From Ignavibacteria bacterium (GTDB lineage: Bacteria; Bacteroidota; Ignavibacteria; UBA10030): DNA of 64,000 bases. The stretch is taken from positions 8,522 through 72,521 of the forward strand of contig VGVZ01000014.1 in assembly GCA_016873805.1 (NCBI GenBank), given 5' to 3'. The position numbers were made by a program, and so were the translations under genes. Of this stretch, positions 20,154-31,570 are shown in pieces. Position 1 is the first letter of the stretch. Each line of letters opens with the position of its first letter. Under the pieces are notes generated by a model. That model worked only from the letters and a program-made list of their open reading frames with translations. It made no database searches and was not told where the DNA came from.

Positions 20154-20410
20154 AGGGTCAAGCAGATCAGACCGCGGACAATAGTGAAAGAACCGGATAG
20201 TCGCGTATACCAAACACAAATCGCTTTGGACCGATCCTTCTGGTTTACGCCATTGCGCGGTCAGTATGAGCCTCGTCGCCGGCACCATCATCGACCTCCC
20301 GGAGCACGCTGTGTGAGCGGTCGTCGCACTGGTAATTGCTGGCGATCGGTGCAATAATACGGTGGAAGGAGTTTGCCCGTTCACAAGGTGGAGTCATAGA
20401 CTTGAGTCGG

Positions 20411-21085
20411 ATGAAAGATTCCAGCAAGAAGCACGAAGAGATCAGTGTGACCCGCGTACGGACAAGGAAGATCATCAATGAACTTCAAAAGGATTTTCCA
20501 AGTTCAAAAACAGCATTACGATATCGCAATCCTTTAGAACTTCTTATAGCTACAATTCTCTCTGCTCAATGTACGGACACCCGTGTCAACATCGTCACCA
20601 AGGATTTGTTTAAGCAATATAGGAACGCTAACGACTTTGCGCGGACGAAACAGGAGAAACTGGAAGGGGAGATACGATCAACGGGCTTCTATCGGAATAA
20701 AGCCCGGAGCATCATAGGGGCATGCAGGGCAATCGTCGACCAGCACGGCGGCAGTGTGCCGAAGACAATGGAGGAGCTCATCAGACTCCCAGGAGTGGGG
20801 CGGAAGACCGCCAATTGTGTTCTAGGTGGCGCGTTTGGAATTAATGAAGGGGTTGTCGTCGATACGCATGTCCGGCGCCTAAGCCAGCGACTCGGATTGA
20901 CAGCCCATAGTGATCCGGAAGAGATCGAACAAGACCTGATGAGAGTTGTGCCTCGAGAATTGTGGTACGATTTCAGCAATCTGCTGATATGGCACGGAAG
21001 GAACACCTGTACCGCGCGAAGCCCAAAGTGTCAAACATGTTCGCTCGCGTCACATTGTCCTTCTGCAATTATATTGTCGAGATAA
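20411..21085 (+). CDS. nth: Endonuclease III
   Basis: LIATILSAQCTD, LPGVGRKTAN, VDTHVRR, CTARSPKCQTCSLASHC. Confidence 0.95.
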   Translation: MKDSSKKHEEISVTRVRTRKIINELQKDFPSSKTALRYRNPLELLIATILSAQCTDTRVNIVTKDLFKQYRNANDFARTKQEKLEGEIRSTGFYRNKARSIIGACRAIVDQHGGSVPKTMEELIRLPGVGRKTANCVLGGAFGINEGVVVDTHVRRLSQRLGLTAHSDPEEIEQDLMRVVPRELWYDFSNLLIWHGRNTCTARSPKCQTCSLASHCPSAIILSR

Positions 21086-21177
21086 ATCGATTCAATTTCC
21101 TTAGTTCAAAGAACTTAATGCCAATGAAGTAATTGTAGATCTCAGCACTCAGCAAGCGATCATGGACGGAGGAGAAG

Positions 21178-21732
21178 ATGACTTACGCGGACGCGCTCGC
21201 CATCATGCACGAACACACACAAAGCGATGCACTTCGGAAGCACATGTATGCCGTTGAGGCCGCAATGCGAGCATACGCACGAAAATATGGTGAGGACGAA
21301 GAAAAATGGGCAACCGTAGGGATTCTCCACGATTTCGACTACGAGAAGTTTCCTGATGCTCCCGATCATCCGTTGAAGGGATCGGAAATCCTCAAGGAAC
21401 GTGGGTTTTCCGAAGAGATCCGTCACGCCATTCTCGGACACGCGAGCTACACGAATGTCTCGCGGGATACTCTGATGGCGAAAGTGCTCTTTGCGTGTGA
21501 TGAGTTGTGTGGATTCATTTCTGCCGTCTCAGTGATCCGACCGAACAAGGTGATGGACCTTGAGGTCTCCTCGGTGAAAAAGAAGCTCAAGGACAAGGCC
21601 TTTGCCAAGAACGTAAGTAGGGAGGATATCCAGCAGGGGGTGGCGGAATTGGGGGTGTCGCTCGACGAACACATCAAGTTCGTGATTGACGCGATGAAGG
21701 GGAGTGCAGAAAGACTCGGGCTATCGGGATAA
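21178..21732 (+). CDS. HDIG-domain metal-dependent phosphohydrolase
   Basis: KHMYAVEAAM, GILHDFDYE, AILGH, KKKLKDKAFA. Confidence 0.85.
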   Translation: MTYADALAIMHEHTQSDALRKHMYAVEAAMRAYARKYGEDEEKWATVGILHDFDYEKFPDAPDHPLKGSEILKERGFSEEIRHAILGHASYTNVSRDTLMAKVLFACDELCGFISAVSVIRPNKVMDLEVSSVKKKLKDKAFAKNVSREDIQQGVAELGVSLDEHIKFVIDAMKGSAERLGLSG

Positions 21733-21785
21733 GAGTCCCGATTCAGTTAATAACTGCAAGGCGTAAAAAGGGAAACAAGTGACAA

Positions 21786-21848
21786 TGTCATGCTGATCCC
21801 GACGATTTCTGTCGGGAGACGCATCTGATCTCTCGGTGTTCAGATGCT
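21786..21848. repeat. REP-like palindromic element between convergent genes
   Basis: TGTCATGCTGA-[TCCCGAC gatttct GTCGGGA]-GACGCATCTGA...TCAGATGC: two adjacent inverted repeats. Confidence 0.5.
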
Positions 21849-21974
21849 GCGGCTGTCTCGCCGCTTGGGCTTGGCCGCTCTGCCCCGCCCGCGCCACCGT
21901 GAAACAGCAGCCCCGCCCCAAGGTGACTCAGAACGGGGTTGTTCTTTTCCAGACGGGAAAAGCAAATTGAATTC

Positions 21975-23399
<1,425 letters not shown>

Positions 23400-23512
23400 T
23401 CAAATCTAAACGAAATTGTCGCGACAAACAAGGCTCGTTGGTTCTCGGACGATCGTGCACACCAATGTCCCGGCTTGATTTTCAGTCTTCGAACGCCTAT
23501 CTTGACACGCAA

Positions 23513-24970
23513 ATGATCCGCACATCGACTCTCAAGAAGCTCCGTGACATTGTGGGGGGAGAACATTATTTCGACTCTCCCGAACAGAAACTCGTCTACT
23601 CGTACGACGCAACCCCCCTGTACGAACAACTCCCCGAAGCAATCGTCTCTCCGCAGAGCGTCGAGCAGATTTCGAAGATTCTCCAGCTCGCGAATTCTGA
23701 GGCGTTCGCCGTCGTTCCGCGCGGTTCTGGTTCGGGCTTGAGCGGGGGATCAATTCCGGTCGAAGACTGCATCGTCCTCCTCACAAATCACTGGGATCGC
23801 ATTCTTGAAATCGATGAGCGGAATCTTACCGTTACCGTTGAGCCCGGAATCATCACCGGACAACTCCAAACAGAAATGGAGAAGATCGGCTATCTCTATC
23901 CGCCTGATCCCGGCAGTTCTTCGATCTGCACCATCGGCGGAAATGTTGCTGAAAATGCGGGAGGAATCCGGGGACTCAAATACGGCGTCACGAAAGACTA
24001 TGTGATGGGATTCGAATTCGTGCTTCCGAGCGGAGAAGTCATGATGATCGGGGGCAAGAACGTCAAGGACGTCTCGGGATACAATTTGAAGGATCTTCTC
24101 ATCGGATCGGAGGGAACTCTCGGCGTTTTCACAAAGATCGTTCTGCGTCTCATCCCGAAACCCGAACACAGCAGCACTCTGCTGGCGTACTTCGATCGCG
24201 CGTCCGATTCAGCCGAGGCAGTCTCGGCCATTACGGCATCCAAGATTACCGCCGCAGCCCTGGAATTTTTGGACAATACGACAATCCGCTGCGTTGAGGA
24301 TTACGCCCGGATCGGGCTGCCGACAACCATCGAGGCCCTTCTCTTGATTGAACTGGATGGACGCAGGGGAGAGGTCGAACAGGACCTTGTTCAGGTTTCG
24401 GAGATTTGTCGGCGTCATCGCGCTTCGCAACTCCGCATCGCCAAATCTGCGGCTGAGGCAACCCAGCTGCGCACTGCGCGGAAGGCCGCCTTTGCTGCGC
24501 TTGCCCGCGTCAAACCGACGACAATTCTTGAGGACGCGACCGTCCCGCGAAGCGAAGTTGCACCTATGCTCGAGCAAATCAACGCCATAGCGTCGAAGCA
24601 TGATCTCATGTTCGGGAACTTTGGGCACGCGGGCGACGGCAACCTTCATCCTACGTGCCTGACAAACGAACACGATAAGGACGAAATCCATCGCACGGAA
24701 CTCGCTTTTCACGAAATCTATTCGGCCGCGCTCCGATTGGGTGGCACAATCACCGGCGAACATGGAATCGGGCTTTCAAAGCGGAAGTTCCTGGAGCATG
24801 CAGCATCCAGGACACATCTGGAGCTTATGCGATCTGTGAAAGCTATCTTCGATCCGAACATGGTCCTGAATCCCGGCAAAATCTTCACGACCCGTCCGCG
24901 TTGTGAAGGGCCATTACCCATCTCAAAGGAAAAGCTCAACAAATATCTTGAACTCGGCGCGTATTGCTGA
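23513..24970 (+). CDS. glcD: FAD-linked oxidase, glycolate oxidase subunit GlcD-like
   Basis: PRGSGSGLSGG, YPPDPGS, TIGGNVAENAGG, GSEGTLG, GHAGDGNLHP, TGEHGIG. Confidence 0.82.
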   Translation: MIRTSTLKKLRDIVGGEHYFDSPEQKLVYSYDATPLYEQLPEAIVSPQSVEQISKILQLANSEAFAVVPRGSGSGLSGGSIPVEDCIVLLTNHWDRILEIDERNLTVTVEPGIITGQLQTEMEKIGYLYPPDPGSSSICTIGGNVAENAGGIRGLKYGVTKDYVMGFEFVLPSGEVMMIGGKNVKDVSGYNLKDLLIGSEGTLGVFTKIVLRLIPKPEHSSTLLAYFDRASDSAEAVSAITASKITAAALEFLDNTTIRCVEDYARIGLPTTIEALLLIELDGRRGEVEQDLVQVSEICRRHRASQLRIAKSAAEATQLRTARKAAFAALARVKPTTILEDATVPRSEVAPMLEQINAIASKHDLMFGNFGHAGDGNLHPTCLTNEHDKDEIHRTELAFHEIYSAALRLGGTITGEHGIGLSKRKFLEHAASRTHLELMRSVKAIFDPNMVLNPGKIFTTRPRCEGPLPISKEKLNKYLELGAYC

Positions 24971-24992
24971 TTTTCGTGATGAGAGTTAGTCA

Positions 24993-26342
24993 ATGCTACC
25001 TGCAAATGTTTCTGGAGAGTACTCACGGGTGATCAACATCCAATCCCTCCAAGCTCTCTCTCATCCAACGAACGAGCTCGAGAAGCTCTGCATTCACTGC
25101 GGACTCTGTCTTCCGACTTGTCCGACCTATTGCCTGACCAAATCCGAACGATCTTCGCCTCGCGGCCGGTTGAAGCTGATACGAAACAGCCGGGAGCACG
25201 GTAACTCATACACAAAGGAATTCGTGGCGGAAATGTACTTCTGTCTTGAATGCCTCGCATGTGAGTCCGCTTGTCCGGCAGGAGTCCCATTCGGTTCTTA
25301 TATGGAGAGTGCCCGCGCGGCCATCGCCGAAAAGAAAGTGCTGCCGTTGGTGACGCGTATCCTCAGATCTGCGATGCTGAAGTGGTCTTTCAAAACACGT
25401 CCGCGTCTTGTGTTCATCTCCCGAGTGCTAAGATTCGTTGCCACCAGCAGTAAGATCAAAGTATTTGAACCTTTTCGCCGGGCAGCTTCCAAGTTGGGAC
25501 TTCCCATTCGCTTGGTCGGACTCATTCCCGATGGTCGGATTGAAAGCGTATCGTCGATGAGGCAAATCCAGCCTGCCACTTCAACAGGTTCAAAGAAGCT
25601 TCGCGTTGGGTTCGTGACCGGTTGCGTCATGGACATATCGTATAGCGAAGTAAACGTTGACACTGTTGAGCTGCTCCGTCGATTCGGTTGCGAGGTGATT
25701 ACTCCCGAGAACCAATGGTGTTGCGGCTCGGTACATGCGCACCAAGGCGAAATGGTTTACGCGCGCGATATGGCAGCAGATCTCATGGAGAAGTTTGAAG
25801 TCGATAAACTTGATGTGCTAGTTGCAAACGCTGCCGGATGTTCCGGATTTTTAAAGAAATATGCTGCTCTATTTCAACAAAATGATCCATCCAGAGACAA
25901 GGCAATGGCATTTGCGGGGAAGGTGCTCGACGTGGTCGAGTTGCTCGATGCGCTCACGCGCGAGCGATATGATCTTTCACTCACGATTGAATATCAAAAC
26001 AAGCGCGTGACGTTTGACGATCCGTGTCATTTGATTCACGCCCAAAAAGTGCGACATGCTCCGAGGAATGTTCTTCGTTCGATTCAGAAGCTTGATTTTG
26101 TCGAACTCCCCGAATCTGATTGGTGTTGCGGCAGCGCGGGAATCTACAACATCACACACCATGCGGAATCCATGCAGCTCCTTGACAGAAAGATTCGGCA
26201 CATTCAGTCGATCGGTGCCGATATCGTGATCACGTCCAATCCAGGCTGCATGATTCAGCTCAAGCATGGACTGGCTGAACACGGATTGCGAACTGACGTG
26301 CTCCACATTGTGACCTACTTGCGGAGGGCTCTTGCGGCATAA
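24993..26342 (+). CDS. glcF: Fe-S oxidoreductase, glycolate oxidase subunit GlcF-like
   Basis: CIHCGLCLPTCPTY, SPRGR, CLECLACESACP, two CCG domains, NPGC. Confidence 0.82.
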   Translation: MLPANVSGEYSRVINIQSLQALSHPTNELEKLCIHCGLCLPTCPTYCLTKSERSSPRGRLKLIRNSREHGNSYTKEFVAEMYFCLECLACESACPAGVPFGSYMESARAAIAEKKVLPLVTRILRSAMLKWSFKTRPRLVFISRVLRFVATSSKIKVFEPFRRAASKLGLPIRLVGLIPDGRIESVSSMRQIQPATSTGSKKLRVGFVTGCVMDISYSEVNVDTVELLRRFGCEVITPENQWCCGSVHAHQGEMVYARDMAADLMEKFEVDKLDVLVANAAGCSGFLKKYAALFQQNDPSRDKAMAFAGKVLDVVELLDALTRERYDLSLTIEYQNKRVTFDDPCHLIHAQKVRHAPRNVLRSIQKLDFVELPESDWCCGSAGIYNITHHAESMQLLDRKIRHIQSIGADIVITSNPGCMIQLKHGLAEHGLRTDVLHIVTYLRRALAA

Positions 26343-26865
26343 AAGGCTTCGTGTGTATCTCTCAGGCGGTATGGAATATGCAAAGGGAGAGGGAATAGAA
26401 TGGCGCGCCGAACTCGGAGAATGGCTCACCAGACAACTGCGCCATAGAGTGTTCAATCCGAACGCGGAAAGCGTCAAGTATTTTCGACGGAAGTCTCATA
26501 CGGTTGACTTCAGGCAATTGAAATTTCAGAACTTAGACCTTTTTTCGAAAGTCGTTCGCGGGATTGTTGATTTCGATTCTCGGGAAATCGCTCATCGATC
26601 GGACTACGTCATATGTCTTTGGGATCGGAGCGCCCAACGTGGCGCCGGCACCAAAGGAGAACTCACCATCGCACGGTTCTTCCGGAAGCCCGTCTACGTC
26701 GTGACACGGACAAAGCATGAAAACATCCCCGGATGGATTTTGGGATGCAGCACGAGGTTTTTCACGTCATTTGATGAGCTTAAGTCATTTTTGCTCGAAA
26801 GATATGGACACTCCCAACCGCTGAAGGACAACCTGAAAGGACGAAAACCATGGAAAGCAAGATGA
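26332..26865 (+). CDS. Hypothetical protein, nucleoside 2-deoxyribosyltransferase-like fold
   Basis: VYLSGGME, FNP, SDYVICLWD, GAGTKGEL, KPVYVV. Confidence 0.6.
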   Translation: MRHKRLRVYLSGGMEYAKGEGIEWRAELGEWLTRQLRHRVFNPNAESVKYFRRKSHTVDFRQLKFQNLDLFSKVVRGIVDFDSREIAHRSDYVICLWDRSAQRGAGTKGELTIARFFRKPVYVVTRTKHENIPGWILGCSTRFFTSFDELKSFLLERYGHSQPLKDNLKGRKPWKAR

Positions 26866-27929
26866 AGAGGCGAGAGTTTCTCCGCTCTACGGCCATCGCA
26901 GGAATGGGAGCAGGCCTCTCAGGCGCGCTGCCACACGAACTTCTGGGTCAGCTCAAACCGACCTCCATCTTCAAACCTGTTTGCATCGCAAGTTCCAATG
27001 GTCTTCAAGCAACGGCAAAGGCCATGCAAATGATTCTTTCCGGCGCAGATGCCCTCGACGCAGTCATCGCAGGTGTCAATCTCGTCGAGGATGACCCCAA
27101 CGACAATTCGGTCGGATATGGCGGCCTTCCGAATGAAGATGGAGACGTCGAACTCGACGCTTCGGTCATGCATGGACCTACGGGTCGTGGAGGCGCGGTT
27201 GCCTCACTCCGAAATATCAAGAATCCATCAAGAGTTGCGCGACTCGTCATGGAGCGCACCGATCATGTGCTGCTCGTCGGAGCAGGGGCGCTTCGCTTTG
27301 CAAAAGCCCACGGGTTCAAGGAGGAGAATCTGCTCACCGATGAATCACGGCGCGAATGGCTGAAGTGGAAAGAGAATCTCAGTACCGACGATGACTGGCT
27401 TCCTCCACACAACATTGAGACACTCGATATCGGAGAGGGGATCAAGTCGGCTGTGCGGAACACGGGGACAATCAATTGCTGCGCGATTGACCAGCGAGGG
27501 AACATCTCTGGATGCACGACTACAAGCGGATTGGCGTTCAAGATTCCCGGACGAGTCGGCGATTCTCCTATCCTTGGTGCGGGACTCTACGTCGACAATG
27601 ACGTCGGCGCTGCGGGATCAACCGGCAGAGGAGAGGCGAATCTCCTCTCGTGCAGCAGCGTGATGATCGTCGAATACATGCGGCAGGGGAAATCTCCCGA
27701 ACAGGCCTGTCTGATGGCATGCCAGCGAATTGCTGCACAAACCAAGATGAAACGCCTTCTCGACGACAAGGGGCGGCCAACATTCAACGTGAATTTCTAC
27801 GCCGTCAACAACCGGGGCGAACATGGCGGAGCGGCAATTTGGAGCGGACCGCGATACGCCGTGAACGGGGGAGAGGCACAGAGCCGACTTCTTGAATGCG
27901 CATATCTCTACAAACGAGAGCGTCGGTAG
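26850..27929 (+). CDS. Ntn-hydrolase, glycosylasparaginase / isoaspartyl peptidase family, with Tat signal
   Basis: RREFL twin-arginine signal, SVGYGGLP, ELDASVM, TSGLAFKIPGRVGDSPILGAG, TGRGE. Confidence 0.88.
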   Translation: MESKMKRREFLRSTAIAGMGAGLSGALPHELLGQLKPTSIFKPVCIASSNGLQATAKAMQMILSGADALDAVIAGVNLVEDDPNDNSVGYGGLPNEDGDVELDASVMHGPTGRGGAVASLRNIKNPSRVARLVMERTDHVLLVGAGALRFAKAHGFKEENLLTDESRREWLKWKENLSTDDDWLPPHNIETLDIGEGIKSAVRNTGTINCCAIDQRGNISGCTTTSGLAFKIPGRVGDSPILGAGLYVDNDVGAAGSTGRGEANLLSCSSVMIVEYMRQGKSPEQACLMACQRIAAQTKMKRLLDDKGRPTFNVNFYAVNNRGEHGGAAIWSGPRYAVNGGEAQSRLLECAYLYKRERR

Positions 27930-27938
27930 TTCGATCCC

Positions 27939-29171
27939 ATGCCCTGGATTGTTTCGGTTACGCTTACGATTGCACTGCCGCTGGTTGCCGTTTATGCCTA
28001 TCTCGGCCGAAAATTCTATTTCGCCCTGACACATCTCAGGAGGATGAAACGGCGGAGAGCGGCGAGACTGATCGTCGCTGTTATCCTTTCCCTGAATCTC
28101 TTTCCAATTCTGCTGCTTGCAAGTTATGTGTTGATCGGACGATCGGCCTCTGTTCTCTATTCGGGTGAACGGTTGATTCTCGATCTCTGTTTTGTCTATC
28201 CGTTTTGGTTTTCGCTCGTCATCGCTACCGAACTCAGTATCATCCTTCTCTTCAGCGACATCGCTAAATTGGTGTTGCTCCCTCTCTATCGTATCTATCG
28301 TGCGACGTGGCGCAGATTAGAGGCCACGGGAATCTTTCTTGCCGGTCTGCTTGTTTCAATCTACTGCATAGTCGTGATCTCGCTCAACACCTGGTCAATC
28401 CGGGTGACCAGACACGAGATACCCTTGCCGGAATCAGCCCGTGCTCTCCATGGACTGCGAATCGCCCTGATCGCTGATGTACAGGGGGATTGGCGAACAA
28501 CGCCGGACCGCATCAGGTCTTTTGTCAAAATAATCAACGAAGAGAGGGCCGACATGGTCCTCTTCGCAGGAGATCTGATTTCCTCCGGTACAAGGCACAT
28601 CGCCTCGACCGCAGGAATTCTCAGGTCGATTCACGCTCCGCTCGGAACAATCGCAGCTGTTGGGGATCACGACATTTTTTCGGGCAAACAACTTGTCTGG
28701 GAGCGACTGACGGAAGCAGGGTTTCATCTGGTCGAGGACTCCACGATTTCGATGACATTGAGGGAAATCGATGTTTCGTTGACTGTTCTGACACATACGT
28801 ATCGCCAGAAAACCACGCCCGCCCGGCTCCAGGCGATTCGTGACCAGCTTGACGGAAGCTACAAAATCCTCCTGGTGCATCAGCCCGCGAACCCGGTGCT
28901 TGAGTATGCCGCTGAGGCGGGGTACGATCTCCTCGTGGCCGGACATACGCACGGGGGTGGAATTGCGGTCGGCATTCCAGGTATTAAGCTGCTGGCACCC
29001 GCTCATTTTGAATCCCGATTTGTTTCCGGTATGCATCATTGGAACAATATGCACGTCGTCGTGACAAACGGTCTCGGATTTACACTCGCTCCGATTCGAT
29101 TCCACGCCCCCGCCGAGATAACGCTTCTGGAGTTGAAAAGGCCGATGGATACGGATGGTTCGCCGATCTGA
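27939..29171 (+). CDS. Membrane-anchored metallophosphoesterase (YkuE-like)
   Basis: N-terminal TM helices; ADVQ, FAGDL, VGDHD, LVHQP, AGHTHGG. Confidence 0.8.
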   Translation: MPWIVSVTLTIALPLVAVYAYLGRKFYFALTHLRRMKRRRAARLIVAVILSLNLFPILLLASYVLIGRSASVLYSGERLILDLCFVYPFWFSLVIATELSIILLFSDIAKLVLLPLYRIYRATWRRLEATGIFLAGLLVSIYCIVVISLNTWSIRVTRHEIPLPESARALHGLRIALIADVQGDWRTTPDRIRSFVKIINEERADMVLFAGDLISSGTRHIASTAGILRSIHAPLGTIAAVGDHDIFSGKQLVWERLTEAGFHLVEDSTISMTLREIDVSLTVLTHTYRQKTTPARLQAIRDQLDGSYKILLVHQPANPVLEYAAEAGYDLLVAGHTHGGGIAVGIPGIKLLAPAHFESRFVSGMHHWNNMHVVVTNGLGFTLAPIRFHAPAEITLLELKRPMDTDGSPI

Positions 29172-30153
29172 CACTATTGCTTTCATCATGTCTCTGGATA
29201 TCAAAAACATTTGCGACAGCATGACTGCACCGCATTTGCTGGACGTTTCCCATCGGGCGTTGCTGCGTATGCAAGGCCTCGAATCACTCGATCTTCTGCA
29301 CAGAATATCGACAAACGATCTTGCCGACCTACTTGTAGGCGGAGTCAGACACTCCATCCTGACAAACGAAAAGGGGAGAGTCATCGACAAGATCGCGGCA
29401 TTGCGGGTGGCGGAAGATCAGCTTCTGGTCTCCTGCAGTTCCAGTGATTACGCGCGCATCCAGAATTGGATGGAGAAGTTCATCATCATGGAAGAGATAC
29501 GTGTCGAAAATGCTTCAAGCGACTTCATGCATTTGCTCTTCTTCGATTCCGGTAACCAAGGAATCATCGGGTCGCGATCAGATCCATTGGGATCGTCTGA
29601 CGATAAGGAATTGATTCACCTGGAATCGGATTCGATTCCTGATGCAATTACCTGGCGGGAAAGGATCGGTCAGACCTCAGTAATTCATCTCCTGACGAAA
29701 GGAGTCACGCCAGGAATCGTTCTGCAAGAACTGGCGGCCGCGGGAATATTCGGAGCACAAACGCAAGACTTCGAGAACTTCCGCATTCGTCACGGCATCC
29801 CGGCACATCCGAACGAGCTCTCTGATAAGTACAATCCCCTGGAACTTGGCATGATGGATTACATTAGTTTTACAAAAGGATGCTATATTGGTCAGGAGGT
29901 CATCGCGCGTCTCGATTCTTATCTCAAAGTGCAGAAACGACTCGTTCGTCTCGGGATGAGTCGACAGCCGTCGGCCCTTCCCGCATCAGTCAAACATGAG
30001 GGGAATCATGTCGGTATGTTGACAAGCGTCGCGGAGACGGAGGACGGAATCACCGGTCTGGGGATTTTGCGCACTCAGTCCCTGGATCAACACGTATCGC
30101 TATATTTCGAATTGGAGGATGGACCAGTTGAAGTCAACGTCATCAAGAGCTAA
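29155..30153 (+). CDS. ygfZ: Folate-binding protein, YgfZ/GcvT-like
   Basis: KGCYIGQE signature; start uncertain. Confidence 0.8.
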   Translation: MVRRSDTIAFIMSLDIKNICDSMTAPHLLDVSHRALLRMQGLESLDLLHRISTNDLADLLVGGVRHSILTNEKGRVIDKIAALRVAEDQLLVSCSSSDYARIQNWMEKFIIMEEIRVENASSDFMHLLFFDSGNQGIIGSRSDPLGSSDDKELIHLESDSIPDAITWRERIGQTSVIHLLTKGVTPGIVLQELAAAGIFGAQTQDFENFRIRHGIPAHPNELSDKYNPLELGMMDYISFTKGCYIGQEVIARLDSYLKVQKRLVRLGMSRQPSALPASVKHEGNHVGMLTSVAETEDGITGLGILRTQSLDQHVSLYFELEDGPVEVNVIKS

Positions 30154-31021
30154 GATCTCCCACAACAGACCCAAGGAACAGAAGAATCCGCTGAAGGCCT
30201 ATAAGAACGTCGAGTTCCTCAGCAGTCCCGACGCCCGCGTGATTCGAATGGTGGCGGAGTTTGTTGAGCCCCTGAGTCGTTTCCGCCATCAGGGCATCAA
30301 GGATACCATTGTGTTCTTCGGCTCGGCACGCACCAAGTCTTCCCGCAGCGCGCGAAAGAATCTGCAGACGCTCAGACAGCAGGCTGCGCGGGCAAAGACG
30401 ATCCCACCTGCGCTGGCAAGAAAGATTCGACACGCGGAGACCGATCTGCTGATGTCGCAATACTACGAAGATGCAAGCGAACTTGCCTCACTCTTGACAA
30501 AATGGTCGATGCGCCTGCACGCCGCCAACCGGTTTGTTGTCTGTTCAGGCGGGGGGCCGGGCATCATGGAGGCAGCGAATAGGGGAGCGAAGCGGGTCAG
30601 TGGCAAATCCGTTGGTCTCAACATCAGCTTGCCTTTTGAACAGGCCCCCAATCCGTACATCACGGACAAGCTCAATTTTGAGTTCCACTACTTCTTCATG
30701 AGAAAGTTCTGGTTTGTCTATCTCGCAAAGGCGCTCGTTATGTTCCCGGGAGGATTCGGAACACTCGACGAGCTCATGGAGGTCCTGACGCTCCTGCAGA
30801 CCGGGAAGATCAAGAAGAAGATGACTGTGGTCTTATACGGAGAAAGCTATTGGCGGCGAATCATCAACTTTTCGGAAATGGTGCGCCTGCGCGTCATCAG
30901 CGACTCGGATCTCAAGCTCTTTCGTTTCGCCAATTCACCGAAAGAAGCATACGATTATCTGGTCAAGGAACTTACGAAGAACTACCCGCACGAGACCACG
31001 ATGCTCGAGATCGGCACTTAG
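30119..31021 (+). CDS. LOG family (TIGR00730-like) Rossmann-fold protein
   Basis: FFGSAR, SGGGPGIMEAANRGA, FHYFFMRKFWF, PGGFGTLDE. Confidence 0.88.
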   Translation: MDQLKSTSSRAKISHNRPKEQKNPLKAYKNVEFLSSPDARVIRMVAEFVEPLSRFRHQGIKDTIVFFGSARTKSSRSARKNLQTLRQQAARAKTIPPALARKIRHAETDLLMSQYYEDASELASLLTKWSMRLHAANRFVVCSGGGPGIMEAANRGAKRVSGKSVGLNISLPFEQAPNPYITDKLNFEFHYFFMRKFWFVYLAKALVMFPGGFGTLDELMEVLTLLQTGKIKKKMTVVLYGESYWRRIINFSEMVRLRVISDSDLKLFRFANSPKEAYDYLVKELTKNYPHETTMLEIGT

Positions 31022-31100
31022 GAGGCCGCTGGGCGATTTGACTCATCGTCCGTACGCTCGTCTGATGGGCCGATTGTTTGCGGATCAATCCGAGAATCGC

Positions 31101-31108
31101 TATCTTTG
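31101..31108 (+). promoter_or_regulatory. TAnnTTTG-type promoter element upstream of ssrA
   Basis: TATCTTTG about 30 nt before the tmRNA 5' end; a similar TATATTTG precedes tRNA-Asp. Confidence 0.4.
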
Positions 31109-31139
31109 TTGTGGCGCAAGAGCTTCACCACGTATTGAA

Positions 31140-31510
31140 GGGGGTGACACGGCTTCGACGGGGATGAGGAAGCTCAGAACTGCATACCGTGGTCTCCGGG
31201 TCCACGTTAAACAATCGGTAAACCCTTAAGTGCCGACTACAACTACGCACTGGCTGCTTAATTAACTTAAGCAACCCGTTCTCTCGATCTCTCGCCCGTT
31301 GGGGATCTTGAGAACGTCGCTCAGATGGGCTAGTTCTCCATTGTTCTCAGGGATGGAGGACGAATCCGCCGCAAGCGGAACACCCTGAGATAGTGTGCGG
31401 TCAATCCAGCGTGCCGGAGTTTCCGCACATGAACCCAAAGGGCTCGCTACGTATGGAGACGTTCTGAGGGTCTTCTCTTCGGACCGGGGTTCGACTCCCC
31501 GCACCTCCAC
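31140..31510 (+). ncRNA. ssrA: tmRNA; tag reading frame ADYNYALAA* at 31232-31261
   Basis: 5' GGGGGTGACACGGCTTCGAC; tag GCCGACTACAACTACGCACTGGCTGCTTAA; 3' GGACCGGGGTTCGACTCCCCGCACCTCCA T-arm and acceptor. Confidence 0.95.
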
Positions 31511-31513
31511 TGC

Positions 31514-31542
31514 AAGCCCTCATCAGACCGATGAGGGCTTTT
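31514..31542 (+). terminator. Intrinsic terminator after ssrA
   Basis: AAGCCCTCATC-agacc-GATGAGGGCTT-TT. Confidence 0.7.
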
Positions 31543-31570
31543 CGCGGATACATCGCCTCTCCTCACGTTC

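Noticed and set aside
31140-31560. tmRNA as an island integration site
   Set aside because: I found no duplicate of the ssrA 3' end and no integrase nearby; a terminator and phoB follow directly.
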